This document shows positions 12,442-22,939 of a stretch of DNA of 64,000 bases, piece by piece; within the stretch, counting starts at the first letter, position 1; each line of letters opens with the position of its first letter. The DNA is taken from NCBI RefSeq assembly GCF_011745625.1, contig NW_027191453.1, positions 868,001 through 932,000 of the forward strand, written 5' to 3'. The translations under genes were made by a program, and so were the position numbers. Origin of the DNA: Cladosporium halotolerans. Its lineage: Eukaryota. The notes under the pieces are model-generated. The model worked only from the letters and a program-made list of their open reading frames with translations. It had not been told where the DNA came from and did not search any database.

Positions 12442-15400
12442 ATGGACGCCACCTACGAGGACACCGGCAAGGAGCAGGTGCTGGATCGCCACCCCAAGCG
12501 CATCAAGTCGCTCCAGTTCGGCATCTTGAGCCCGCAGAACATTGTCTCGCAGTCCGTTGTCAATGTCACGGACCGAAACTTGTACGACCTCGACCGCCCG
12601 CTCGGGCAGCCCCGGAAACAAACAGCGAATGGACCTCTGGACGAGCGACTGGGCACGTCTTCCAAGACTGAGACTTGCGCGACCTGCGGCGAAGGCTTGA
12701 AGGATTGCAGTGGACATTTTGGACATGTGAAGCTGGTGCTGCCTGTTTTCCATTATGGCTACTTCAAGAAGATCATGGAGATCCTGCACTGTGTGTGCAA
12801 GGAGTGCAGCCAGGTCTTGCTGCCGGAGAAGGAAAAGCGGAAGCTCTTGCGCCAGATGAGACGGCCTGGCATGGACGGCCTTAGGAGGGACGCCTTGTGC
12901 AAAAGCATCGCAACAGAAGCGCGCAAGGTCAAGATCTGTCCGCACTGCTCGGCATACAACGGTCAGGTCAAGAAGGTGCCTCAGCACCCAATCAAGCTCA
13001 TTCACAACAAATACACCATCTACACTTCTTCGAGCGCGCGCAGCAAGGTCAAGCCGAAAGAGATGGAGCAGTTCGAAGCTTCCTTCAACGCTGCGAAAGA
13101 AGAAAACCAGGAGATTGAGCGTCACTCGAAAAAGGCAATGGACGACATGAACCCTCTGCGGGTTCTTCAGATTTTCCGCAAGATCCCTGGACCCGATGTG
13201 GAGTTGTTCGGAATGGATCCCTCGATTGGCAGGCCCGAAACCATGATCTGGACTCACATCCCAGCACCTCCCGTAGCCATCAGACCTTCAGTCTCACAAG
13301 AGGCTGCAACCACTGAAGACGACATTACGAACAAGCTGGGAGACATCTTACACATCAACAGCCTCATTCGTGCAGGTCTAGCGCAAGGACAGCCGATCCA
13401 GAAATTGACTGAAATGTGGGAATTCCTTCAAGTACAAGTCGCGATGTACATCGACGGTGGCCTTCCTGGCCTCGGTCGCGACTCTGCATATGGCAAAGCG
13501 ATGCGCGGTTTCTGCCAGCGCCTGAAGGGCAAGCAGGGTCGATTCCGTGGCAACTTATCAGGAAAGCGTGTCGATTTCTCTGGACGTACGGTCATCTCCC
13601 CCGATCCGAATTTGTCTATCGAGGAAGTAGCCATCCCCATGCGGGTGGCCGTGAACATGACATACCCGGAGAAAGTCAACACACAAAACATCAAAAAGCT
13701 CAAAGAATGTGTCTTGAGGGGTACAAAACAGCATCCCGGTGCGAACTTCGTCATCAAGGGACGTGACGGTCGCCGACTTGCTTTGCGGGTTGCGAGCAAC
13801 AAAACCGACTTGGAGAAGATTGCGAGCCGCCTTGAATTTGGCGACACTGTGGAGCGCCACCTGGAGGACGGCGATGTGGTGCTCTTCAACCGTCAGCCTT
13901 CTCTTCACAAGCTTTCCATTCTAGCACACAAGGCAAAGATTCGACCGTGGCGAACTTTCCGTCTGAACGAGTGTGTTTGCAACCCTTACAACGCCGACTT
14001 TGACGGTGACGAAATGAACATCCACGTGCCGCAAACAGAAGAAGCACGCACAGAAGCCATCGAGCTCATGGGTGTCAAGAACAACCTCGCCACGCCGAAG
14101 GATGGTACTCCCATCATTGCGGCCATTCAGGATTTCATCACAGGTGCATATCTCACCAGCCGAAAAGACAAGTTCTTCAATCGACGACAATTCGTACAAT
14201 GGGTCAGCATGATGTACGACGGCATGCAGGTGAAGGACCCCTACACTGGCAAAGAATATTCGGTCAAGATACCACCTCCTGCGATCATGAAGCCACAACA
14301 GCTATGGACCGGCAAGCAGCTGTGGTCACTTCTCATCAAGCCTCATCCGGACTACCCTGTCAACATCAACCTGGAAGCCAAGTGCAAACAGTACTCTGCG
14401 CCTAAAGAGAAGGGCATGATCCCTGACATGGTTCTGAACGACGCATATCTGGTCATCCGCAACAGCGAGGTCATCTGCGGTGTCATGGACAAAGCAACCG
14501 TCGGTGACGGAAAGAAGGACTCAGTCTTCTACGTCGCCATGCGTGACTTTGGTCCTGACTATGCTGCGTCAATGATGAACAGACTCGCGAAGCTGTCAGC
14601 CCGCTGGATCGGTGAGCAAGGATTCTCCATCGGTATCAACGATGTTTATCCTAGCGACAAACTGCGCGCCAAAAAGCAGGTCCTCGTCGATGCGGCGTAC
14701 GCCAAGTGTATTGCTTTGATCAACAAGTTCAAGGCCGGCGAGCTTGTGCGCGACCCTGGTTGCGACGAAGAAATGACCATGGAGAATCAAATGTCTGGTA
14801 TCCTGTCAAAGGTCCGTCAAGAGTGTGGTGACGCTTGTTTCGACGAACTCAGCATCTACAACGCTCCCTTGACCATGGCCACCTGCGGTTCCAAAGGTTC
14901 CCTCATCAACGTCTCGCAGATGGTTGCCGTCGTCGGACAGCAAATTATCGGCGGAAAGCGTGTCTTGGACGGCTTTCAAGACCGCACGCTGCCTCACTTC
15001 CCCAAAGCATCCAGAGACCCGCCTTCAAAGGGTTTCGTGCTCAACTCTTTCTTCACCGGCCTGAACCCGTCCGAGTTCATCTTCCACGCGATGTCCGGCC
15101 GTGAAGGTCTAGTCGATACCGCCGTCAAGACCGCCGAGACTGGTTACATGTCACGTCGACTCATGAAGAGTTTGGAGGACTTGAGCGCGCAGTATGACAA
15201 CACCGTCCGCAGCTCGACTGGTGTCGTGGTCCAGATGAAATTCGGTGACGACGGCCTCGATCCTGTCGACATGGAGGGCAATGCGAAGCCCGTTAACTTC
15301 GACCGCACTTTCTCCCATGCCGTTAGCAGCACTTGGGACAACACCGAGCGGGGCCTCACACAGCCTGAAGTCAGCGAAATCCTGGCGGCTGTCGTACAAA

Positions 15401-16887
15401 GAGAAAAGAAGGGTGTTGACAGGATGTCGGATACTGGCCAAGAGCTGCTCCCGTACAACGATCAGACGATTGAGAACACAGACCAGCAGGAGAGTATCCG
15501 CAGCTTCATCGCCACCGTGGAAGACTACGTGAACGACAAGATGAAGGGGCTCGTCAGCAGCCAAAGCCGCGGCGATGGTGCCGTTGATCACATCTTCAAG
15601 CTTTCTCGCTCAGCGCTCGACAGGTTCCTCTACCTCTGCTTCCATAAGTTCGAGAAGTCCAAGGTAGAAGCTGGTCACGCCGTCGGTGCCGTTGGTGCGC
15701 ACTCAATTGGTGAGCCCGGCACCCAAATGACGCTGAAGACTTTCCATTTTGCTGGTGTCGCCGGTATGAGTATTACGCAGGGTGTCCCCCGTATCAAGGA
15801 AATCATCAACGCCAGCAAGGCCATCAGTACACCCGTCATCAGCTGTGCTCTGGACAGCCCCTACGAGGCCATTGCCGCCCGCATGGCCTCCGCGCTCATT
15901 CAAAAGACCTATCTTCGCGACATTGTCGCCTACGTCGAGGACGTCTGGGGCGTCGACGGAGGCTGGATCAACATGCGCGTCGACTGGCAGGCCGTCCGCA
16001 ACCTGGGCCTGCGCATCGGGATGCACCACATCATCGCCGCTATCGAGAGTACTAAGGGTTTCCGACAGCTCGGCGTCACCGCGGTCCCCAAAGGCAACTG
16101 CCACCTGCGCGTCTTCTGCTCCGTCGGCGACTCCGACGACCCCAAGAAGCGCCGCGCGCCCTCGCGCGCAACCAAGCTCCCCACCGGCGAAGACGCCGCC
16201 GAAGACCTCTTCACCACCATCCAGCAGCTCAAACGCAAGCTGCCCGACGTCGTCATCAAAGGCTACCCCGAGGCGACGCGCGCCATCATGAAGAAAGACG
16301 AGAAGCCCGACCACACGGGCCGCGAGCCCATCTCCGTCCTCGTCGAGGGCTACGGCTTCAAGGCCTGCATGACGACCGACGGCGTCAACGGCTACCGCTG
16401 CACGACCAACAACGTCCTCGAGTGCCGCGACGTGCTCGGCGTCGAGGCCGCCCGCATGACCATCATCCGCGAGATCTCCCAGGTCATGGGCGGCATGGGC
16501 ATCGACCCGCGCCACATGCAGCTGCTGGCCGACGTCATGACGTACAAGGGCGAGATCCTGGGCATCACGCGCTTCGGTCTCGCGAAGATGCGCGAGAGCG
16601 TCTTGCAGCTGGCGAGTTTCGAGAAGACCGCCGACCACCTGTTCGAGGCCGGCGCGAAGATGAAGCAGGATGAGATCTCGGGCGTCTCGGAGTGCATCAT
16701 CATGGGCCAGAGCATGACGATCGGCACGGGCTCGATGAAGGTCGTCAGGCCGTTGGAGATCGACGTTGGGCTTGGGGATAGGGCTGTGGAGGGCTTGTCG
16801 TTTGGCGATGGGTGCAGGCCGGCGACTCAGGCCAGGCAGGAGAGGCTCAAGGCTAGGCGGGCGGCGCTTGTTGGCGCTGCTGCTTAG
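12442..16887 (+). CDS. RPC1: DNA-directed RNA polymerase III largest subunit (C160/RPC1)
   Basis: 1481-aa intronless ORF. Zn motif CATC..CSGHFGH, KQGRFRGNLSGKRVDFSGRTVISPDPNL, catalytic YNADFDGDEMN, GEPGTQMTLKTFHFAG, GITRFGLAKM. No Pol II CTD heptads. Confidence 0.97.
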   Translation: MDATYEDTGKEQVLDRHPKRIKSLQFGILSPQNIVSQSVVNVTDRNLYDLDRPLGQPRKQTANGPLDERLGTSSKTETCATCGEGLKDCSGHFGHVKLVLPVFHYGYFKKIMEILHCVCKECSQVLLPEKEKRKLLRQMRRPGMDGLRRDALCKSIATEARKVKICPHCSAYNGQVKKVPQHPIKLIHNKYTIYTSSSARSKVKPKEMEQFEASFNAAKEENQEIERHSKKAMDDMNPLRVLQIFRKIPGPDVELFGMDPSIGRPETMIWTHIPAPPVAIRPSVSQEAATTEDDITNKLGDILHINSLIRAGLAQGQPIQKLTEMWEFLQVQVAMYIDGGLPGLGRDSAYGKAMRGFCQRLKGKQGRFRGNLSGKRVDFSGRTVISPDPNLSIEEVAIPMRVAVNMTYPEKVNTQNIKKLKECVLRGTKQHPGANFVIKGRDGRRLALRVASNKTDLEKIASRLEFGDTVERHLEDGDVVLFNRQPSLHKLSILAHKAKIRPWRTFRLNECVCNPYNADFDGDEMNIHVPQTEEARTEAIELMGVKNNLATPKDGTPIIAAIQDFITGAYLTSRKDKFFNRRQFVQWVSMMYDGMQVKDPYTGKEYSVKIPPPAIMKPQQLWTGKQLWSLLIKPHPDYPVNINLEAKCKQYSAPKEKGMIPDMVLNDAYLVIRNSEVICGVMDKATVGDGKKDSVFYVAMRDFGPDYAASMMNRLAKLSARWIGEQGFSIGINDVYPSDKLRAKKQVLVDAAYAKCIALINKFKAGELVRDPGCDEEMTMENQMSGILSKVRQECGDACFDELSIYNAPLTMATCGSKGSLINVSQMVAVVGQQIIGGKRVLDGFQDRTLPHFPKASRDPPSKGFVLNSFFTGLNPSEFIFHAMSGREGLVDTAVKTAETGYMSRRLMKSLEDLSAQYDNTVRSSTGVVVQMKFGDDGLDPVDMEGNAKPVNFDRTFSHAVSSTWDNTERGLTQPEVSEILAAVVQREKKGVDRMSDTGQELLPYNDQTIENTDQQESIRSFIATVEDYVNDKMKGLVSSQSRGDGAVDHIFKLSRSALDRFLYLCFHKFEKSKVEAGHAVGAVGAHSIGEPGTQMTLKTFHFAGVAGMSITQGVPRIKEIINASKAISTPVISCALDSPYEAIAARMASALIQKTYLRDIVAYVEDVWGVDGGWINMRVDWQAVRNLGLRIGMHHIIAAIESTKGFRQLGVTAVPKGNCHLRVFCSVGDSDDPKKRRAPSRATKLPTGEDAAEDLFTTIQQLKRKLPDVVIKGYPEATRAIMKKDEKPDHTGREPISVLVEGYGFKACMTTDGVNGYRCTTNNVLECRDVLGVEAARMTIIREISQVMGGMGIDPRHMQLLADVMTYKGEILGITRFGLAKMRESVLQLASFEKTADHLFEAGAKMKQDEISGVSECIIMGQSMTIGTGSMKVVRPLEIDVGLGDRAVEGLSFGDGCRPATQARQERLKARRAALVGAAA

Positions 16888-17162
16888 TTGGGCTTGGATG
16901 ATTCAGGGGGGATGTGACGATGTCGATGTGTCTTTACAAGCATAGCGTATGGCGTTCTGGGATGGGGACGTGAGGTACGAAGTAGTGATATATCCCGTGG
17001 ATGAGTTATGGTCGTATCAACAATTTTTACACAAATGCTTTCTCTGTGGAGATCCTTCTTCAACGTGCTGCTATCATCCCTTCGTATGTTCAAGACCGCC
17101 CCGATCATTCGGTCTCTTCACTCACCATCACCTTACGTATTGCACATTAACTATCCAATGAT

Positions 17163-17780
17163 ACTCGGGCACGGGACAATCCACTAGCACCAGTGAGCAT
17201 TCGTCCAATCCCCTGCTCTCCCCGTCGCACCCACATTTGTTCAAGGTAAGTGAAAGCGAGCGCGCGCCGCGGCCGACTCGCAAAATAATAAACTAATAAA
17301 AATGAAGTTAAAAGGACTCGGGGGCGGGAACAGACAACCCACTAGCGCCGTGGCCTCGCTGTCCAATTAGCTGCTCTCATTTTCGCGTCCGCGCTGGATG
17401 TAAGTGAATGAGCAGGTGGGCGTGCGATATCGCGCGCGCGCGCCGCCGCGCCCTGCGAAATAAAAAAATAATAAAAATGAAATTCAAAAGACTCGGGCGC
17501 GGGAAGAGACAACCCACTAGCGCCTTGGCCACATTGTCCAATCAAACGCTTCTGCCGGCCTCCCTTGGCTCGGGCAAGTGAACGACCAAGTCAAGGATGA
17601 AGTGAATGAGCACGCGCTGCGGCGGCGCGGCAGTTTCGCGATTAATCGAAAAAACGAATGAGATTAAAAAGACTCGGGCGGGGGACGAGACAGCCCACTA
17701 GTGTCCGCCGAGATCCCACCAATCAAATACTTGGTGCACTAGATGTTTCACGTGACTCAAGCCCGCTGGAAGTGAAGTGA
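17163..17780. repeat. Tandem degenerate non-coding array: four modules ACTCGGG-N5/10-GACA(A/G)YCCACTAG-N17-CCAAT...AAGTGAA, with GC hairpin and A-tract between modules
   Basis: CTAG at 17184, 17342, 17517, 17698. CCAAT at 17205, 17363, 17538, 17719. ACTCGGG at 17163, 17316, 17491, 17672. AAGTGAA at 17248, 17402, 17600, 17770. Confidence 0.88.
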
Positions 17781-18159
17781 ACGGCTGAAGCAGACAGCCT
17801 CGTTGGATTGAAGCAACCGACTGGACTATCCTGCGACTTACTACAAGCCGGCAAATATACAAGGAGCCGCTGGGTCTTGTCCCATTCTGATGATCAATAC
17901 CTCTTCTGTCTTCCACCGACGACTTTGCGAGATGACAGCTCTCGATTGCTGATGTTCATTTGGAAGGTTTGAAATCGATGGCAGCACTCTACTTTCGATG
18001 TTCGCAACAGAGACAGAGTTCGGCCACTCCACTCAAAATTTGCTGGCAATATTGGCTCTCTTGGCGTTCGCATCTACCGTGGGAGGGCGGTACGACCACC
18101 TCTCCATGTCCGTACACGACATGTCTCGAGGTGTATCGGCGAGACAGGTCAGCTCAGAT

Positions 18160-18184
18160 TAACCCCAAATAACCCTAACCCTAA
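18160..18184 (+). repeat. Interstitial telomere-like repeat (telobox) TAACCCCAAATAACCCTAACCCTAA
   Basis: 2.5 perfect TAACCC units plus one degenerate unit, in intergenic DNA upstream of the OTU gene. Confidence 0.75.
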
Positions 18185-18400
18185 ACTCGCAACGGGGCGC
18201 TAGGGCCAGGTAGTCCCGAGCCAATCAGCTCTTACGGTTGACACTCTCAGATCTCATGACATACAACAAGGTGCTACCAGCTTTCCCAGACGCCTGAAAC
18301 CGATTTTTTACTGAGAGAGCCTTTGTCTTGAGAGCCTCGCGGTAGCCTCGCGGTTTCTAGACCAGTGACACTAGTGCTCCGCCTGGATTCCCTAATCAGC
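18185..18400 (+). promoter_or_regulatory. Two further CTAG-N17-C(C/T)AATCAGC modules upstream of the OTU gene
   Basis: CTAG 18200 with CCAATCAGC 18221; CTAG 18371 with CTAATCAGC 18392. Direct repeat AGCCTCGCGGT x2 at 18333-18354. Confidence 0.6.
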
Positions 18401-18517
18401 GCCTCCCCCGCTGCAGCTCACAGATCATCACAGAAAGTCCGCTGTGCCAATCCCAATTGACCCCTCCATCCATCCCTCCAGCAAAATCTGAGCTCGCTGC
18501 CCAACCGCCCCAACACA

Positions 18518-19405
18518 ATGGAGGAACTGCAAGCCCGCCACCGCAAAGAGCTCAAAGACCTGCAAAGCCGCGTGACGCAGAAGAAAAAGCAAGCGAGCAA
18601 GAAAACCCGCAAAGGCGTCAACGAGGAGTGCGAGCGCTTGGAAGCGGAGTTAAAGAGCAAGCAGGAGAGCGAGGTCGCGGAGTTCAATGGCGAGGCGAGC
18701 GAGCCGCCTACTGAGGCCCTGGAGGAGCTTGCGTTGGAGCAAGATGGGCCTGAGCCCGAGCCTGAAGCTGAGGTGAAACCGGCTGCGCAGACGAATGGTG
18801 CAACGCCTGCGCCGGCGCAAGCTCAGGGTGGGAAGAGGAATCGGCAGAAAGAGAGGCTGGCGCGAAGGGCGGCGGAGCAGGAGGAGTTGGCGAAGCAGGC
18901 TGCGGAGGAGGCGAACGATCTGCCTGATATGAAGCAGCAGGAGCGTGAGAGGATGCTGGCGTACATGAAAGAGCGTGGGCTGCAGGAGAAGGAGATCCGT
19001 GCCGACGGACACTGTCTGTATTCTGCGGTTGCGGATCAACTTGGGCAGTTGGAGATACCGCTGGGAGCGGCGCCAGGTGCTGAGCCCCAGATTCCGTACA
19101 AGACTACGCGTGCTGCTGCAGCGGGGTGGATTGAGAGCCATCCGGATGACTTTGCGCCGTTCCTGGAAGAGCCTTTGCCGGACTACCTGCACAAGATCAG
19201 GGATACGGGCGAATGGGGCGGACAGCTGGAGCTGTTAGCGTTGGCCAAGAGCTATGGAGTCGAGATCAACGTGCTGCAGGACTTTGGCAGGGTGGTAAGG
19301 ATCGAGCCGGAGAGCGACGCTGCTGGCAAGACGATCTGGCTGGGCTACTACAAACATGGCTTTGGACTGGGCGAGCACTACAACAGTCTTCGGAAGGCTG
19401 GATGA
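18518..19405 (+). CDS. OTU2: OTU-domain deubiquitinase (Otu2/OTUD6B-like)
   Basis: N-terminus MEELQARHRKELKDLQSRVTQKKK. Catalytic DGHCLYSAV, WGGQLEL, GLGEHYNSL. Confidence 0.92.
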   Translation: MEELQARHRKELKDLQSRVTQKKKQASKKTRKGVNEECERLEAELKSKQESEVAEFNGEASEPPTEALEELALEQDGPEPEPEAEVKPAAQTNGATPAPAQAQGGKRNRQKERLARRAAEQEELAKQAAEEANDLPDMKQQERERMLAYMKERGLQEKEIRADGHCLYSAVADQLGQLEIPLGAAPGAEPQIPYKTTRAAAAGWIESHPDDFAPFLEEPLPDYLHKIRDTGEWGGQLELLALAKSYGVEINVLQDFGRVVRIEPESDAAGKTIWLGYYKHGFGLGEHYNSLRKAG

Positions 19406-19463
19406 AGAAAGGACATTCGGGGAAAGACAGACGCATGGAAGTCGATTGGCGCTGCCATGAATG

Positions 19464-20086
19464 CTACTGTGGTCGCATGATGTACTCGCCGGCCTCGATG
19501 GCCAACACAGGTGACTGCGGCGGATCGTCGTCGACATCGCCTCCCGCCTTCTCGTTCTTCTCGTCTTCGGTCTGCCCATACGTTCTTCCTTTCCGGTATC
19601 GATGCACAACGACGGCACCATAGACAAGCGCCGCGATCGTCACAACAAAGGCAAGGGACATTCCCACTGCTTGCCAGATCTTCCAAATGGTCCAAACGAG
19701 ATCCGACTCGATCACTCGCTGTGCGACTGTTGTTGCCATTCCGACACAGAAGTACAGAAGCCAGAAAGTGCTCTTGAACACTTGTATGCCTAGGAACGTC
19801 CATGGATGCAGCGCACGCACGTACCAAAGGCCGATTTCTGCTGCTGTGAATAGGATGCAGATGAACATGAAGGCCAGGGCCACGACCCATCCTCTGGTAA
19901 TCGACGTTAGCAACTCGCTGGGCTTGAATCAAAGTCTGGGTTGGCTTACACGTCAACTTCAGTGCCCTGACCTTCGACCTCAAAAATCAATATCCCGATC
20001 ACAATAATCGTGTCGGTAGACAGAAGCATCTGAAGGATCCAAAGAGGAGACAGCGCCCACGTGCTCCAGGTCTTTCGAGGGTACAT
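19464..20086 (-). CDS. Hypothetical membrane protein with about 4 TM segments
   Basis: Exon 20086-19950 joins in frame through intron 19894-19949 (GTAAGC..CTAAC..CAG) to a hydrophobic ORF ending at 19464. Confidence 0.7.
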
Positions 20087-21077
20087 TGTGAGAGGTGTGA
20101 TGATCCATGATGCGCAGTTGTAGCGAGCACGCGTCGCGGCAGCTTCCATGCTTGCGGTTCAATAAACGATAGAAATGGTGTTCAACGGTTGTAGAGCATA
20201 TATCGTCTATAGACCACAAACGAGAAGGAAATAGAGGGCCCTGCAGACAGAAGATGGCCGCAGGGATTCACGAGCCTTTTCTCACCCGGGCCAGCTCTCT
20301 CTTACCTCACAAGGCCCGCCAACACGTACGTACTCCCGTCGCCGGGAACATGACAAGCGCTCATGCGCTCTCTGCTGCACAGCCAACATCGCAGGCTCCG
20401 CCGTGGCATGCCCTCAGCCGGAACTTCCGGCCTGGGCTTGCGTAGGCGTGCGAAAGCTGGATCTCCCGCTCCGCGGACTTCGCGCTCTCTCGTCGTCATC
20501 CACCACCTGAACCTACTTCTCTGCCGTGCACTCCGGAGTTCGCAGGCACATGGCTAATGTCGTTGGCGGCTCAGTTTAGCGTGATCGGTAGGATGCGGGG
20601 ATCAGGGTTCTAGTGGGATGGGTTCTTCGACGGGGCTTGGTGGGTTGGAAGGTGGGATTGTTCGGATTTGCGGCGGTGCGCAATCCTTTGCACATGGAGC
20701 CGCGGCGTGTGGTTCGTGGCAGGGTCTGATGCGCGGGTCCGTTTTGCGGTCATACCGTACGCGTTCACGATACTTTGTTATACACGAAATAGTGTGCTGG
20801 GCAGGCTCTGGGGTTTGTATATGTGGGCAACATCGCCTGCGAGCTCGGCCGTAACGTCCCAGACACGATTCTCCGACCATGCAATGCCATAGAATAAACA
20901 AGACTAGTTGCGTAGTCTTCAGAGAGATTATACTACCACTGCATGAAGCGTAAGAACAGGAAGAGTAGATCAACGCTGTCGTACTGTTCATGTTCCGAAT
21001 GATGAGCCGTGGATGTATCTGGTGACATCGATGCCTTCTGAAGACAGCCATTGTGATTAACTTCATGAGACGGGCCA

Positions 21078-21671
21078 TCATGAGGTCTTCGAATGCACAC
21101 AGAGAGCAATGCCACCCAGCACAAAGGTCATTCCGATCCAGGTATCTGATGCGTAGTCAGTATCATCATGCCCCGGTTTGCGAATCCGATCTACTGTGCT
21201 GGATGACATACCTCGGGAAATCACTTTGCCCTCCGCCCACCATTCTCCTAGCACGGTGAACAAGAAGGCGAGCGAATTGGTTATAGGTACAGTCAACGAT
21301 AGCTCTGGAACATGGTAAGTCCTTCGTGATCCACAGAATCATTCTGCAACGTGATTCTCACCAGCCTGCCCAATCAATAAAAAGAACCACACGCTGCCCG
21401 TCACGTTCAGCAGCAACGGGACCGCATAAGCCGGATTCTTCAGCAGATCGATCACTGCGTACAAAATGCTCCAAAACTTGCGTTTCCACCATGGAGCATC
21501 CGATGTAAGGTAGGGCCGCTGCGGTTTAGGTTGCTGGTCTCGAACAACGGCTGCTCGACGCATGAAAGGAGTTGTCAGGCCCCAGCAAGCTCCCACAGCC
21601 AGGAAGCTGACCACCCAGCGCCAGATTGGTGGAGAGGCTGGTGCGACTGCAGCGGGAGGATCCGGGTCCAT
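21078..21671 (-). CDS. TMEM234-like small drug/metabolite-transporter-fold membrane protein
   Basis: Motifs GACWGLTTPFMR, PLLLNVTGSVWFF, LSLTVPITNSLAFLFTVLGE, WIGMTFVLGGIALC across three exons. Confidence 0.85.
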
Positions 21672-21935
21672 GTTGAGAAAGTAGGCTCGCGGATATAGAA
21701 CTTACGCGATGGCAGTTGATCAAGTGCGTTGTACCCCTTCGAAAGCGGCCGAGGCTTTGTTGGCTTGACCGCTGCGATGGACCCCGAGCGTGGGGTCTCG
21801 ATTGCTGAAGTGGGGGCAGACAGATGGCAAACGATGACGACTGTTCTGGCTGTCTTGATCGCTTCTGGAGACAGATAACAGAGCATTGCACTCGGGGACA
21901 CGCGTACTTATTATTTACAGAGCTCACCAGCAATC

Positions 21936-22939
21936 ATGTCACCCTCACGAGTGTCGCCCCCGCCGGCCAATGACCTCGCCAATGGTCTCAGCAAAGAGCA
22001 GCTCGAATTCTGGGACACGAACGGCTATCTGCTCATCCCAGATGCCCTGTCACAAGACCAAGTAAAAGGGCTGTACGATGAGTCCAACAGGCTCCTCAAC
22101 GACTTCTCGCTGGACGACCATCCCATGACGAAGTTCTCTACCGGCGAGAAGAGCGACCATGTCGGCGATAGCTACTTCCTTGAATCTGGCGACAAGGTCC
22201 GATTCTTCTTCGAAGAAGGTAAACATGTCCACTCCAGATCGCATTCGCCTGCCCGGTTAGCCACCTAACGCCCTCCCTTACAGACGCCTTCGACTCCACC
22301 GGCTCCCTTACAAAGCCCAAGCACCGCGCGATCAACAAAATCGGCCACTACCTGCATCGCCTCAACCCCTCCTTCGCCTCCGCCTCCATCACGGCCCAAA
22401 ACGCCGCCATCGCGCGCTCCCTGCGCTTCCGCGACCCGCGAGTCCTGCAATCCATGATTATCTGCAAGCAGCCCGAGATCGGCGGTCGCGTGCCGCCGCA
22501 CCAGGACTCCGTCTTCCTGTACACGGACCCGCCGTCGGCCGTCGGCTTCTGGTACGCGCTGGAGGACGCGACGGCGGAGAACGGGTGCCTGTCGTTTGCG
22601 GCGGGGAGCCACCGCCGCGCGCCGATTAGGGATCGGTTCGTGCGGGCGGAGGACGGGAAGGGCACGACGTTTGCGCCGAACGAAGGCGGGGCGTGGCCAG
22701 AGGGGTTGGAGGAGGACAAGGATGTCAGGAAGGAGGTGTATGATTTGGGCGAGGTTAAGGCTGGGACGCTGGTGCTGATTCATGGCAATTTGCTGCATAA
22801 GAGCGAGAAGAATACGAGTCAGAAGGGCAGGATGATCTATACTTTCCATATGATTGAGGGAGAGTGCGAGTATGACGGGAGGAATTGGCTGCAGCCTCCC
22901 GCGGAGGGTTTCACGAAGCTGTATGAGGAGGCAAGCTAG
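21936..22939 (+). CDS. Phytanoyl-CoA dioxygenase family (PhyH/PHYHD1-like) 2OG-Fe(II) oxygenase
   Basis: QSMIICKQPEIGGRVPPHQD (HxD), ALEDATAENGCL, HGNLLHKSEKN. Intron ~22219-22283. Confidence 0.92.

Noticed and set aside
15703..16638. 311-aa minus-strand ORF (and 12217-13257)
   Set aside because: Antisense to RPC1; typical of GC-rich coding DNA.
17163..17701. Tandem Helitron 3' ends (hairpin + CTAG)
   Set aside because: No consistent subterminal hairpin just before CTAG, CTAG usually not followed by T on the plus strand, and conservation continues on both sides of CTAG. Not fully excluded.
17163..17780. CRISPR array interpretation of the repeats
   Set aside because: Eukaryotic locus, degenerate multi-part repeats with 158-181 bp period, and no cas genes.
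18160..18184. Telomerase RNA template
   Set aside because: The repeat is longer than the ~1.5-unit template expected, and only ~330 bp remain before the OTU CDS, too little for a kb-scale Pezizomycotina TER.
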